Source: an uncultured Actinomycetes bacterium
GTDB taxonomy: Bacteria; Actinomycetota; Thermoleophilia; Gaiellales; Gaiellaceae
NCBI GenBank assembly: GCA_963702785.1
Contig: CAVPDV010000002.1
Span: 12,505-76,504 of the forward strand
Direction of reading: 5' to 3'
Length of the DNA: 64,000 bases
Each line of letters opens with the position of its first letter. The stretch's first letter is position 1. The notes beneath the pieces are model-generated. The model worked only from the letters and a program-made list of their open reading frames with translations. It was not told where the DNA came from and made no database searches. Shown one piece after another: positions 10,119 through 20,133 of this stretch. The translations under genes and the position numbers were made by a program.

Positions 10119-10142
10119 GCCCCGCTAGACGGGGCTTTTGTT
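10119..10142 (+). terminator. intrinsic terminator after tRNA-like stub A
   Basis: GCCCCG-CTAGA-CGGGGC is followed by TTTTGTT. Confidence 0.7.
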
Positions 10143-10439
10143 GCCTCCATCTGCAACTCGGGCACCGCTAGACCGTCGTTGCTGCCCATTGCTGCCCATT
10201 CGATCGCCGCGTCGAACGCTTCCCGCTGCGGCTTTGCCATCCGGTCGCGGTCCAGCCTCGGAGTTTCCTTGCCGCCGGAGGCTGGAGTAGAGGGAGCCGT
10301 CACGCAGTCGCCTTAACCGACTCCTCGCGCGGAAAGGGGAGAACGCTTGCCAACCCGTGTCCCCGCCTTGTCTCGCCGGGACATACAAATGCTGGCATTC
10401 GGAGGCTCGCCGAGCCTCCCCCGCAAAAGGAGAACCGAG

Positions 10440-10703
10440 ATGTACCACTCCCGCCTCACCTTCAACTCGAACCGGGAATCTGCTCGCCGCGACGCAGCCT
10501 GCAGCCCGTCGCGCTTCGCCGGAGCTGCCCCAGATCCAAGGCAGCCGTGGTTGTCGGGGAGGGCGCTTCCGACGAGCTCGTCCAACTCCGCCGTCGCGAA
10601 CGAGAGGACCCCTTTCGAATTCGAACTCTACGAACACGCCTACGTCACGACTCGCGGACATTCACCCACGCCACCAGGCCCGCCGGGCCTGCGCGCCGCG
10701 TGA
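10440..10703 (+). CDS. hypothetical small protein (weak)
   Basis: The ATG is preceded by AAAGGAGAA at good spacing, and a hairpin lies 25 nt after the stop. The Ser/Arg/Pro-rich sequence has no motif I recognise. Confidence 0.25.
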   Translation: MYHSRLTFNSNRESARRDAACSPSRFAGAAPDPRQPWLSGRALPTSSSNSAVANERTPFEFELYEHAYVTTRGHSPTPPGPPGLRAA

Positions 10704-10728
10704 GCAGATCCCCGCCCGACACTGACGT

Positions 10729-10756
10729 GAAGGAGGCCCCGGTGGGGGCCTTCTTC
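10729..10756 (+). terminator. terminator-like hairpin
   Basis: GAAGGAGGCCCC-GGTG-GGGGCCTTCTTC is a 12-bp stem with one G-U pair. It has a pyrimidine-rich tail but no clean U-tract. Confidence 0.4.
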
Positions 10757-10782
10757 CCGGGAACCGGCGAAGGTTCGACGCA

Positions 10783-11539
10783 ATGCCTAGGGGTCTCTTC
10801 GGAACGCCGGCGCAGCGAATCGCGATGATGACTTCGGCTCATTCTTCCTTCACGCGTTCTGGGAAGAGTTGGGAGGTGAACAACGACCCGTATCGCTGGG
10901 ACGAGCGTGTCGAGGCGTGGGAGGAGGTCGCGACGAGTGAGGCGTTCCTCGCGATCCGCGACCGCATCGTCGAGCTTGCCGAGCCGCGGTCCGTCGATCA
11001 GGTGGTCGACCTCGGGGCCGGCACCGGGCTGCTGGCCCTCGCGTTGGCTCCCCGTGTCGATGAGTTGGTAGCCGTCGACAGCTCCGAGCGGATGCTCGAG
11101 CGGCTGGACGACGCGGCGGCGGCCGATGGCGCCCACAACATCGAGACTCTCGTGGCCGACCTCCGTTGGCTGCCTCTTGAGGACGAATCCGCGACGCTCG
11201 TCGTGTCGAATTACGCCTTCCACCATCTGGACGATGCTGGCAAGGAGCTGGCGCTCGCTGAGGCGCGGAGGATCCTGCGGCCGGGTGGACGGCTCGTGGT
11301 CTGCGACATGATGTTCTCGCTCTCGCTCAAGCCGCGAGACCGCCGGCTAGTCGGCGGCGAAGATCGTGGCTCTGCTGAAGCGCGGGCCGGCGGGCGTCAT
11401 TCGGATCCTTCGCAACGCCCTCCGTGTCGTCGCCGGACGCTGGGAGCAGCCCGCGACGCCCGAGACGTGGAAGCGAATGCTCGACGGCCGAGGGTTCGAA
11501 GACGTACGGATCAGCTTCTCAAGCACGAAGCCGCGATAG
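10783..11539 (+). pseudogene. class I SAM-dependent methyltransferase (at least one frameshift near 11350)
   Basis: VVDLGAGTGLLALALA (motif I), LVVSNYAFHHL and ARRILRPGGRLVVCDM are present. The C-terminus KIVALLKRGPAGVIRILRNALRVVAGRWEQPATPETWKRMLDGRGFEDV lies in another frame. Confidence 0.7.
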
Positions 11540-11645
11540 CTACTGCGCGCCGACCTGGTCTCAAACCCGGGCGAGCTCGGCGCGGCGCGCAGTCCGAGCT
11601 CGCTCGAAGCGTCGGAGGCGGCGTTTGACCCGGAGTCGGCCGAGG

Positions 11646-11813
11646 GTGTCCAGCCCGCTCAGAAGCGAATCGCGAATATCTCGTCTCGTCTTCGTCGTGG
11701 CGGCGGGAGTCGTTGCCACCACCATCGCCGATCTCTACGCCCCCACCGCAGTCCTCGTCGTCGTGTTTGCGTTAGCCATCGTCGGAGTTGCTGGCGCTTC
11801 ACTCGTCGGCTGA
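11646..11813 (+). CDS. possible small two-helix membrane protein (weak)
   Basis: The GTG-started reading is VSSPLRSESRISRLVFVVAAGVVATTIADLYAPTAVLVVVFALAIVGVAGASLVG. Confidence 0.3.
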   Translation: MSSPLRSESRISRLVFVVAAGVVATTIADLYAPTAVLVVVFALAIVGVAGASLVG

Positions 11814-11983
11814 TTCGCCGACCGAGGACACGGCGGGCAAGACGAAGAGCCTCGTGTCCGCTCCCTAGATTCGCGAAGGGTCGACACAAGTAGTGCCGCC
11901 CCCGGACAGGTTGCGGCTTTGCCGCGCGTGCGATCGGTCGCCGCGCCGATGCGGGCACCGGCGTGCATCGGCACCGTGCCCGC

Positions 11984-12759
11984 ATGGGCGAGATACGCGC
12001 CAGCAGGCTGCCGCCGGGCCGCGACGAGGCGACGCATCCGCGCGAGCAGGAGGCACTGCGCGAGCACATCCGCAGCGAGCGGCGGCGGCTCGCCCGCTTC
12101 ACACGGATCCGGAGCTCGTCCTCGGCTTTCAAGATGGGTTACTCGTCCCGCTCGCCGTCGTCACCGGACTCGCAGGAGCAGCCGTCGGCACGACCGCGGT
12201 GATCGTCGGTGGCGTCGCCGAGGCAGCCGCCGGCGCGCTCGCCATGGGCACCGGCGCCTATCTCGCCAGCCACGCCGAGAACCAGCTGATTGCGAGCGAG
12301 ATCGGAGACCAAGAAGCGGAAGCGGTCGACCACTCCGAGATCGAGCGCCTCGAGCTGCAGGTCCTCCTCCAGGAGGAAGGCCTGTCCGAAGCCGACGCCA
12401 AGACGGCCAGCGAAGCGATCGGGCATTCCATCCACGCACTCGTCAAGACGAAGATCGAGAAGGAGCTCGGGCTCCCCTTCAACGACACAGAGACAGCCCG
12501 CGGCGACGCCTACGTCGTCGGCGCCTCCTACGCCGTCGCCGCGGTCGTCCCGCTCTGGCCCTATTTTCTTTTCGGCCCGCACCTCGCCATGGCCCTCTCG
12601 ATCGTCGCGACCGGGGCTGCCCTCTTCGCACTCGGCATGCTCAAGGGCCACGTGGCCCGCCTCTCCCTCACCCGCAGCGGCCTGCAGGTGCTCACGGTCG
12701 GCGCGCTCTCGGCCGGCCTCGGCTACCTCATCGGCGGCCTCGGCCCCCACCTGTTCTGA
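11984..12759 (+). pseudogene. VIT1/CCC1 family iron/manganese transporter (frameshift near 12090)
   Basis: DPELVLGFQDGLLVPLAVVTGLAGA, a central acidic helix region and three C-terminal TM helices are present. The N-terminal REQEALREHIRSERRRLA lies in a different frame (ORF 11963-12202). Confidence 0.65.
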
Positions 12760-12794
12760 CCGAGCCGCGGTCGCCGGCGCGCCCCGTCCCGAGC

Positions 12795-13694
12795 TCAATA
12801 CCGCGGAAGCGCGAGACCGCGTCGTCCGAGCAGCTTCCATCGGACGCTGAAGAGCGTGTCGCTCCAGCGCTCCCGCTCACCGCTGAGCGGGTTGTTCACG
12901 AGTACGTAGCCCTTGCCGGCCCCGACGAGCACGACTGCATGCTCATTGAGGTTCACGGTGATCTTGCGGCCGGACGGCGTCAGCCAGCTCAGGTACGGGC
13001 CGGGCGCGAGCCCGACCCAGGCAAGCACCGGGTGGCCGGCAAGGACAACGGCGCGGACAGCCGCGACGCTGCGGCCGCGCAGGTCGACGAGTTGGACCCC
13101 GTACCGCGCCGCGAGGGCACGGATCGGGGGCTCATAGACGCCGAACCCTCCCTCGATGCCGCCACCCGCGGGCCGGCCGACGAAGCCGCGCTCCGGGTCG
13201 CCCCAGCGGAAGAGCGTGCTACCGGAGACGGGCTCCGGGTCGAGCGGCCCGCTGCGCGGCAGCCGTGCCTGCAGCTCGAGCTGTCCCGCCCGGACTCCTG
13301 CCCCGGCGAGAAGCATCGACAGCGCCGTCGCCTCGCAATCGTTGTGGAGTATCTGGCGGACGGGGCGTAGCGCGATCCTCGTCCAGAGCGGCACTACCGG
13401 CAAGTCGACACGGGTCTCGTGCGCCGCGAGTGCGCGCCTGACCAGAGGAAGCGCGCGGCGGACCGAAATCTCGACCTCGAGACGCGCCCGACCTCGCCGA
13501 AGCTCGACCTTGTCGGGGAGACGGATTCGGCGCCGGCCCGGTTGGAGAGACTTGATCCGCTGACCCGCCGCGTAAACGGCGAGCGGACGCGCTGCAGCAT
13601 GCGTCCCCGTGGTCGAGGCGCCGCTTCCGCAACCGGCGAGCAGAGCTCCGCCCGAGAGCACGGCGAAGATACGGCGGACGCGCATCGCGAGCAC
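12795..13694 (-). CDS. C39-like (papain-fold) peptidase domain lipoprotein
   Basis: The lipobox is LLAGCGSG. ILHNDCEATALSMLLAGAG is a catalytic-Cys-type motif, and NEHAVVLVGAGKGYVLVNNP is a His region. The frame is intact. Confidence 0.65.
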   Translation of the reverse strand: MLAMRVRRIFAVLSGGALLAGCGSGASTTGTHAAARPLAVYAAGQRIKSLQPGRRRIRLPDKVELRRGRARLEVEISVRRALPLVRRALAAHETRVDLPVVPLWTRIALRPVRQILHNDCEATALSMLLAGAGVRAGQLELQARLPRSGPLDPEPVSGSTLFRWGDPERGFVGRPAGGGIEGGFGVYEPPIRALAARYGVQLVDLRGRSVAAVRAVVLAGHPVLAWVGLAPGPYLSWLTPSGRKITVNLNEHAVVLVGAGKGYVLVNNPLSGERERWSDTLFSVRWKLLGRRGLALPRY

Positions 13695-13863
13695 GGTAGT
13701 CGCGGACGATGACAGGTCGACGAGCGCGTTCGGTTCGGGCTCTACGAAGCTGCGGCTAGCGGCACAGCGCGTTCCGGACGGCTCACAACCGGCGGAACGA
13801 GCAGTCTGCCAAAGGACGTTTCTCCGCCGATCGTCTCCGAACCTGGTCGGCGCTCTCAGAGGC

Positions 13864-14351
13864 TTAGGAGGAGGGGCACTTGCCCTGTTTGTAGGCGGCG
13901 TAATCGGCCGGCGACAGGATCCATCGCCACTTGCCGTTGAGGCTGACGGCGTGCATGGTCGCGGTGGTCACGCCATCGTCTGAGGTCACCCGGACGGAGA
14001 CGGCCGTGGAAGGCGTGGCCTTGCCAGCGATATCGACCGTGTCGGCGTAGGTCTGGAGGACTTTGAACTCTTTCAGGTCGAAACCCGGGCTGGTGTGGCA
14101 GGCCATGTAGCGGGCCCGGCTGACGATCGCCTGGTCGGCGGGGTGGAGCGTGTCCCAGAGCGGTCCGGTCTGGCCGAGGGAGAACTGTGTTGTGACCTGG
14201 CGAATGAAGGCGGCAGCCGATTGCTGTCCCTCCGGTGTACCGCTGCTCCGGCTTCCTCCGCAGCCGGTCAGAGCGACAGCGAGGAGCGCGGCGGTGGCGA
14301 GAACGGCGGCGCGTTTCGCCGCCAGTCGGTGGCGTGGGCGTTCAGTGCCAT
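13864..14351 (-). pseudogene. lipoprotein of unknown function (frameshift in the signal-peptide region)
   Basis: KRAAVLATAALLAVALTGCGGS is a lipobox, followed by ..RYMACHTSPGFDLKEFKVLQTY..NGKWRWILSPADYAAYKQGKCPSS. The only ATG (14351) is in a neighbouring frame. Confidence 0.5.
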
Positions 14352-15326
14352 GGGAACCGTCCTACCTGGGTGTTGACGACGACGGGGCGATCGCGAGCGA
14401 GGGGGAGCGGGCCGATCGCGATCTGGGTCGCCGAACTGCGGGATGAGCAGCGCCGCGATGTCGGGGCGAGAGGCGAGGAGGTCGCGCGCAACGTCGAGGG
14501 TCGCGATTCCAAGCGCGGTTGCGTATGCCTCCGCCTCGGTTGCGCTCGGCGGCCATGGACCGTGACCGAGAGCGGGCCGGCCGCGGCGGGCACGCCTGTG
14601 GCCGGGTCGATGAGGTGGTGGAGTCGCCTGCCGGCGCCGAACCGCCGCGTGTCGCGTCCTGACGTGGCGACGCCGCCGCTCGCGAGCTCGAGCGTGCCGA
14701 GCACGTGCTCGCGCCCTCGCGGGTCTCCGATGTCCACGCGCCACGCGCCGCCTTCGGGCGGGGTACCGCAGACGGCGATGTCGCCGCCGAGATCGACGAG
14801 TCCTCCGGGGAGCGCAGGCCAGGCGGCCTGCATCGCGGCGAGCGCGCGCGTCGCGGCGAAGCCCTTGCCGATCCCGCCGAGGTCGACGGCGGCGCCACGC
14901 TCGACGCGCGCCCGACCCGAGCGCGGGTCGACATCGATCGACGCGCCCGAATGCCAGCTCCTCGAGCACTACCGCGGCTCGATCGGTCAGCAGTTCGAAG
15001 GACCGGTCGTAGCCGGCGGCCACGAGTGCCGGAAGGATCGTCGGGTCGAACAGCCCGCCCGTGTCCGTGCGGCCGCGAAGCGCGGCTGCGAGCGCGTCGA
15101 GGAGCAGCGGATCGACGGCGACCCACTCGCCGGCGGCACTGTTGAGTCGCGACAGGTCGCTGCCCGCATCGAAGCGAGAAAGGGCACGCTCGCATGACGC
15201 CACCTCGGCCTGCGCTGCTGCGAGCGCGCGGCGCGCGAGGAGTACGTCCGGCGGACCCGCCGTCACGGCGACTTCGCAGACCGTGCCCATGGCACGGAAC
15301 GATCGGCGCTGCAGTTGGCTCGTCAT
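14342..15326 (-). pseudogene. apbE: FAD:protein FMN transferase, several frame changes
   Basis: RSFRAMGTVCEVAV, SRFDAGSDLSRLN, GGLFDPTILPAL, GLVDLGGDIAVCG and RLHHLIDPATGVPA are distributed over ORFs 14268-15473 and 14342-14833. Confidence 0.75.
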
Positions 15327-15962
15327 GCCGGTACCAGGGTCTCGGCGCTCTTCGTGCAACAGTCCGACGCTGGTCGAGGGCGCAGGAGGTGCGGTCCGGG
15401 CTGGCACCTTCCGGCCTGCTGGGCGCGGCAGCAGGATGCGCGCGTACGATGAGCCACACGACCGGAGCGGCAACGATTCCGCCGAAGATCAGGCCGCGTG
15501 TCCCGGTGAGATCGGTGCCGACGTTGAGGGCGTGGTAGAGGCCGATCGCGAAGGCCGCGAAGCTGGCGTAGTGCATCAGGCGCCAGCGGCGCTGGCCGAT
15601 GCGCCGGCGGACGTGGAAGGAGGTAGCGAGGGTCGAGCATGATCCACCCGGTGACGATTCCGGCGGCGACAGGCAGGGGACGCCACGGTGCCAGGCCGGG
15701 CACGAGCACTCCGGTGAATCCGAAGCGCATGACCGGGTCGAGGGCTAGCGCCGCCTCCGTGTAGGCCGACCATCCCGAGGCCGGTCCACATGATCGTCTG
15801 GTGCCAGCCGAGCAGCATCTTGCCGCGCGTGCCGCCGAGCAGCCTAGTACTGAGCGCAAGACCGAGCGTGACCGAGACCGCGAGAAGACCGAACGCCACG
15901 AGACCGGCGGCCCGCGCAACGAGCCACGCGACCGGCACTGACCCTGTGGCGGCGGCGATCAT
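15323..15962 (-). pseudogene. ferric reductase-like transmembrane (heme b) domain protein, frame-disrupted
   Basis: VAWLVARAAGLVAFGLLAVSVTLGLALSTRLLG, LLGWHQTIMWTGLGMVGLH and HYASFAAFAIGLYHALNVG lie in three ORF pieces. ATGA-type overlaps link it to both neighbours. Confidence 0.6.
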
Positions 15963-16177
15963 CCCGCCGGAACCGGCGAGGTTCGCGTCGTCGCGTGTGT
16001 CGGCGAGGCGCCGCCCTGCACGACGACGAGATGTGTCTGGCCGTTCTTGCCCGTCACAACCACAGCTCCCGGGATGTTCGCCGGCGCAGGCGCTGGCAGC
16101 GGCCGTGTCCAGGCCAGCACGGCGAGCACGGCGAATAGCGCCCACGTCGCAAAAACGGTTGCCCAGAGATTCCGCAT
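15959..16177 (-). CDS. small membrane-anchored protein, unknown function
   Basis: The 72-aa product has the N-terminal TM helix LWATVFATWALFAVLAVLAW. Its stop overlaps the downstream start. Confidence 0.45.
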   Translation of the reverse strand: MRNLWATVFATWALFAVLAVLAWTRPLPAPAPANIPGAVVVTGKNGQTHLVVVQGGASPTHATTRTSPVPAG

Positions 16178-16178
16178 C

Positions 16179-16397
16179 TCAGCCTCCCGGCTCGACGCGC
16201 TCCGGCTGCGTCGGCGCTTGCGGGGTGATGGTCTGGCCGATCTGCGGCGTCGACGGCGCCGCGGGGACGCTTCGCTTCAGGCCGGCGATGGCCGCGGCTC
16301 CGGTCAACGCGGTCGCCGCGAGCACGGCTGCGAGGATGAACACCTCGCGCCGAGTGACGGTCTTTGGGCCTGGCTGATCGCCTAGGGCAACAGCCAA
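16179..16397 (-). CDS. small membrane-anchored protein, unknown function
   Basis: The 72-aa product carries RREVFILAAVLAATALTGAAAIAG, a single TM helix or Tat-like signal, followed by a Pro/Thr-rich tail. It is the first gene of the minus-strand module. Confidence 0.4.
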   Translation of the reverse strand: MAVALGDQPGPKTVTRREVFILAAVLAATALTGAAAIAGLKRSVPAAPSTPQIGQTITPQAPTQPERVEPGG

Positions 16398-16630
16398 GGT
16401 GATCCTTTCGGGTCGGTTGAGTCGGGTGCCGGCCTCGCCGGCACCGTCTCACGGAGGGTCGCCGGAGAGCTGCACTGAGGCATCGGAACTACCGCACATC
16501 TCGTATACGGGTTATCCGCATCCCGCTGGCCCGGGGCTTGACCTGCCAGGCACGGCTGCGGGTTCTCCCGAGGCCGATCGGCGTAAGCCCCGACGCGCCT
16601 GGCCGCCCGACGCGCTGAAAATGGGATCAC

Positions 16631-17773
16631 ATGAGCGATTTGGTGGTCGTCGTCGGCAACGGCGTCTCCGGGTACGCCTGTGCGGCCCGGCTCGCAGATC
16701 GGGATGTGCCTGTCACGTTGATCGGTCCGGGCCTGCCGCACGATCGCCCACCCCTCTCCAAGCGAGCGCTCCTGACCGGGCACGTGCCGCTCCTTGCCGA
16801 CGCGGCGCAACTTGTGGAGCGAGGCATCGAGCACATCGACGGAGTTGTGACTGCGTGCGACCTCGACCGCCGCCGACTCGTCGTGCAACGCTCGGTCGAG
16901 CGTGGCCAGCTCGAGCTCGAAGCGCCGACAATCGTGTGGGCGACGGGCCTGCGCTACCCGAAGCCACCCGTGCCCGGAATCGAACAGGCTGAGGAGAACA
17001 CCACCGGCGCCGGCCTACTTTCGCTCGTCAGGCACTTTGCTTTGCCGCACAGGCGCGTGGTCGTGGTCGGTGCCGGCCTAATCGGCACAGAGACCGCTGC
17101 AACGCTCGCTGCCGCGCACGACGTGACGCTGGTCGACATGCTCGATCGTCCCCTTGCGCGATTCCTCCCGCGTGTCTCCGACGTCGCGCGCGCTGCGCTC
17201 GAAGAACTCGGGGTGCGCTTCCTGGGCTCGTGCAAGATCGACTCGGCGAGGATCGACGCCGACAGCGCCACTGTCCATACCTCCACGCATGGCGACCTGC
17301 ATTGCGACGTGGTCGTCTCGGCGGCCGGTTTCCGCTCCAGTCTGCCACCCGAGCTCGCCGGCCCTGATTCGAGGGCGCTCACCTTGCCCGCCGACGACCG
17401 CCTACGCGTGATCGGCCACGAGCGTCTCTGGGCGTGCGGCGACAGCGTCTCCTTCCCCCACCCGCGCTGGGGCCGCATCGGCATCCCACACTGGGAGCAC
17501 GCATTCTGGAGCGGCCGCCATGCGGCTGAATCGATCCTCGGCTCGACCGCGCCCTACATACGCGAGCCCTATTTCTTCAGCGACATCGGTCCTCTCCGCA
17601 TCCAGCAGATCGGCGTCGCCGACGCCGCCGTCGAGTGGCACGAGGAGGACGGACTCGTCGTCGGTCACGACTCCAGCGGCGCTCCTGCCTGCGTACTCCT
17701 CCTCAACGCACCGGCACGGCTGCGCGAAGCCCGAGAACTCATCGCCTCCGCCGAATACGTCGCCTCCGAATGA
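16631..17773 (+). CDS. NAD(P)/FAD-dependent ferredoxin reductase
   Basis: VVVVGNGVSGYACA and VVVVGAGLIGTETA are two dinucleotide-binding motifs, and LWACGDS is present. The 380-aa frame is intact. Confidence 0.8.
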   Translation: MSDLVVVVGNGVSGYACAARLADRDVPVTLIGPGLPHDRPPLSKRALLTGHVPLLADAAQLVERGIEHIDGVVTACDLDRRRLVVQRSVERGQLELEAPTIVWATGLRYPKPPVPGIEQAEENTTGAGLLSLVRHFALPHRRVVVVGAGLIGTETAATLAAAHDVTLVDMLDRPLARFLPRVSDVARAALEELGVRFLGSCKIDSARIDADSATVHTSTHGDLHCDVVVSAAGFRSSLPPELAGPDSRALTLPADDRLRVIGHERLWACGDSVSFPHPRWGRIGIPHWEHAFWSGRHAAESILGSTAPYIREPYFFSDIGPLRIQQIGVADAAVEWHEEDGLVVGHDSSGAPACVLLLNAPARLREARELIASAEYVASE

Positions 17774-17807
17774 CCCTCATCAGCCAATTCCCCAGGAGGA
17801 CACCGTC

Positions 17808-17996
17808 ATGCAAAGCGTGATTGTCGATTCCGACGCCTGCATCGGCTCCGCCGAATGCGTCGCGCTCGACCCAGACGCGGTGAAGCTCGACGAACACGGC
17901 ACCGCACAGATCCTTCTTCCCGAACTCGAAGAAGAACGCGCCAGAGAGCTCTGCGCCGCTTGCCCCACGGGTGCTCTTTCGCTCGCCGGTCCGTAG
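17808..17996 (+). CDS. small single-cluster ferredoxin
   Basis: VDSDACIGSAECVALDP...CAACP forms a CxxxxxC...CP pattern. The product is 62 aa, and an AGGAGGA RBS lies 7 nt upstream. Confidence 0.8.
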   Translation: MQSVIVDSDACIGSAECVALDPDAVKLDEHGTAQILLPELEEERARELCAACPTGALSLAGP

Positions 17997-18225
17997 CACG
18001 AATCAGTTTCCGACTGCCGACTACGTCTCGAAGACAATCGTCCTTGCGCCGAAGCATTGCTACGTCGGTGGCCCGTCGTCACGCCGCCCGAGGGTGCGTT
18101 GGTAGGTAGCGAGAGTTCGCGTAACGGTAGGGATGGGTGGAGACGCTGAACAGCTGCAACCCGGCGAGCGTGGTTCCGGCCCCACGCCTTGCATGAGGCG
18201 GCACCGGACCGCAGGCGTGGTCGCG

Positions 18226-18267
18226 TTGCCATGCAGAGGGTCGTGGGTTCGAGTCCCGTCATCCGCT
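18226..18267 (+). repeat. tRNA-Gly(GCC) 3'-half-like stub, copy B
   Basis: TTGCCATGCAGAGGGTCGTGGGTTCGAGTCCCGTCATCCGCT is present. No complementary 5' half lies upstream. Confidence 0.6.
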
Positions 18268-18326
18268 TCTAGAACCCGCTGACGGGCTGGACGTGGCTGC
18301 TCCGCCCTCGGCGGGAGAAGGAAGCG

Positions 18327-18356
18327 CTGGCATCTGTCCTCGTGGTGGTGTAGGTT
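18327..18356 (+). promoter_or_regulatory. candidate promoter of beta-helix paralog 1 (CTGGCA-18 nt-TAGGTT)
   Basis: The hexamers and the 18-nt spacing are conserved in the second unit (20232-20261), within an otherwise conserved ~150-nt leader. Confidence 0.3.
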
Positions 18357-18420
18357 CTTAGTTGGCTCTTAGGGGGCCGCTCGACCGGGTCCACCGGAGG
18401 AGATAGGAAGGGGAGGGAAC

Positions 18421-19901
18421 ATGCGGTTGAGAGGCGCTCTTCTGCTTGCGGCCACTGCGAGCGTGGGTGCGGTGTTGATGCTGGCTGGGCCGGCGTCGGC
18501 GGCGAACCTGCACTGCGGCCAGGATCTCAATTCGAGCGTGACGCTGATCGGCAACCTGGACTGTCACACGATTCCAGGGACGGCGCTGAAGATCGCGCAC
18601 GACGGCGTGACGCTGAATCTGAACGGGTTCACGGTCATCGGTTACGCCGGTGACGACGTGATCGGAACTTCACGTGCCCGGGCGGCGTCTGCACGTCGTT
18701 CAACGGGACGACGATCAAGGGCGGGTCGTTGGACGTCACCGGTGCCGGCACGGGGGTCGGCAACGAGAACACCAACGGTGGTGGTGGTAACACCCTCACC
18801 ATTGCGGGCGTGAAGATCGTCGGCGACGGCACTGTCGATTCCTACGGCGTGGACTCCCTGGACTCGACCGGGCTTTCGTTCACGGGTGGATCGATCAGCG
18901 GCGTCTACGCCGGCGTCTACGTGGACGGCGACACCGGCGACCTGATCAAGGGCAACACGATCACCCCCAACGATGGTGGCTTCGGCGTCGCGAGCGACGA
19001 CGACCAACACGGCGCTCTCGATCGTGAGCAACAAGTTCACGGACACCGACAGCGACCAGACGGGCCTTGCGCTGTACGACTTGTACGACGCCGGGACGCT
19101 GTTCAGCGGCAACACGGTGACCGGCATGGGCTACGGCGTGTTAGCGGACGCGTACGACGCGGGAATCACGATCACCGGCAACGTGATGGACGGCAACGAG
19201 GAAGGGATCGACCTCAACGAGCACGACTCGGGCGACATGATCGCCGGCAACTACATCAAGAACAGCGTCGACGAGGGGATCTCCGACACCGGGTCGTTCA
19301 ACAACACGTACACCGGGAACGTGCTGACGAGCAACGGCAACGTCTCGAACAGTGCGAGCTACTCATCGGCCCTGAGGGCTTCGGGCCGGTGACGATGGTC
19401 AACAACTACGCCCGCACGGGCAACGGCGTCGGCTTCGCCGTCCTCGGGGCGTACAGCGACAGCGTGCCGGGTGGGCCGTACAGCCTGTTCAGCGGCAACG
19501 TGGCGACGGCGAACGGCAGCTCGGACGCCCCGGGGTTCTTCGACGAGTACTCGGTCGGTGCGACCTGGTCGAAGAACGTCGCCAACTACAACGCCACGGA
19601 CGGGTTCGACTTCTGCGCCCCGTGGCGCGAGACGGTCACCGGTAACAGCGCGAACCTGAACGGTGGAAACGGCTACGTCTTCGCCTATGACTGCGACGAA
19701 GTGGTCGGACCGCCGCAGGTCACGCCGTTCCCGCTCATTGGTACGGCTGCAGACGAGCAGCCGCTTGCGGTCACGAACAACTCGGCGACCAACAACGGCG
19801 AGTACGGCTTCGCGGGCGAGTACCCGACTGCCGGCAGCGGCAACACGGGCAAGAACACGAACGCCTGCGGTGACTGCTACCTCGTGAGCGGCTGCAGCTA
19901 G
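18421..19901 (+). pseudogene. secreted right-handed parallel beta-helix repeat protein, paralog 1 (at least 3 frameshifts)
   Basis: The signal peptide is MRLRGALLLAATASVGAVLMLAGPASA. PbH1-like repeats include GNTITPNDGGFGV, FSGNTVTGMGYGV, ITITGNVMDGNEEGI and YTGNVLTSNGN. The C-terminus is GSGNTGKNTNACGDCYLVSGCS-stop. The gene is read across ORFs 18421-18813, 18729-19901 and 18973-19392. Confidence 0.75.
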
Positions 19902-19929
19902 ACGGACAGCCACTCTAGACCGGATCCCA

Positions 19930-19957
19930 GAGCGGGCCACGGCAACGTGGCCCGCTC
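19930..19957 (+). terminator. 12-bp-stem hairpin after paralog 1 (no U-tract)
   Basis: The hairpin is GAGCGGGCCACG-GCAA-CGTGGCCCGCTC. An identical copy lies at 21804-21831. Confidence 0.45.
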
Positions 19958-20133
19958 CGTCTCCCGCCGGAACAGGAGCCTCGTCTCCCTCCGTCGCGTG
20001 CGATACGGCCGGTGGAAGAAGCGCCACACGCCCGCTGCTGCCTGCCGCCTCCTGCAACCCGGTCAGCGGTGAATCCGCCTCCACGCCTGCATGAGGCAGA
20101 ACGAGCCGGAACCCGTTGACAGGTTGGGTCGTG

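Noticed and set aside
11815-11983. Mn-sensing yybP-ykoY riboswitch upstream of the VIT-family transporter
   Set aside because: I could not find the conserved GGGGAGUAG / UGACA-type core elements. Only a generic 7-bp hairpin (GGACACG...CGTGTCC) is present.
18327-18345. Sigma54 promoter from the TGGCAT motif in the beta-helix leaders
   Set aside because: The required GC dinucleotide at the -12 position with correct spacing (TGGCAC-N5-TTGC) is not present. A sigma70-like reading fits better, though still weakly.
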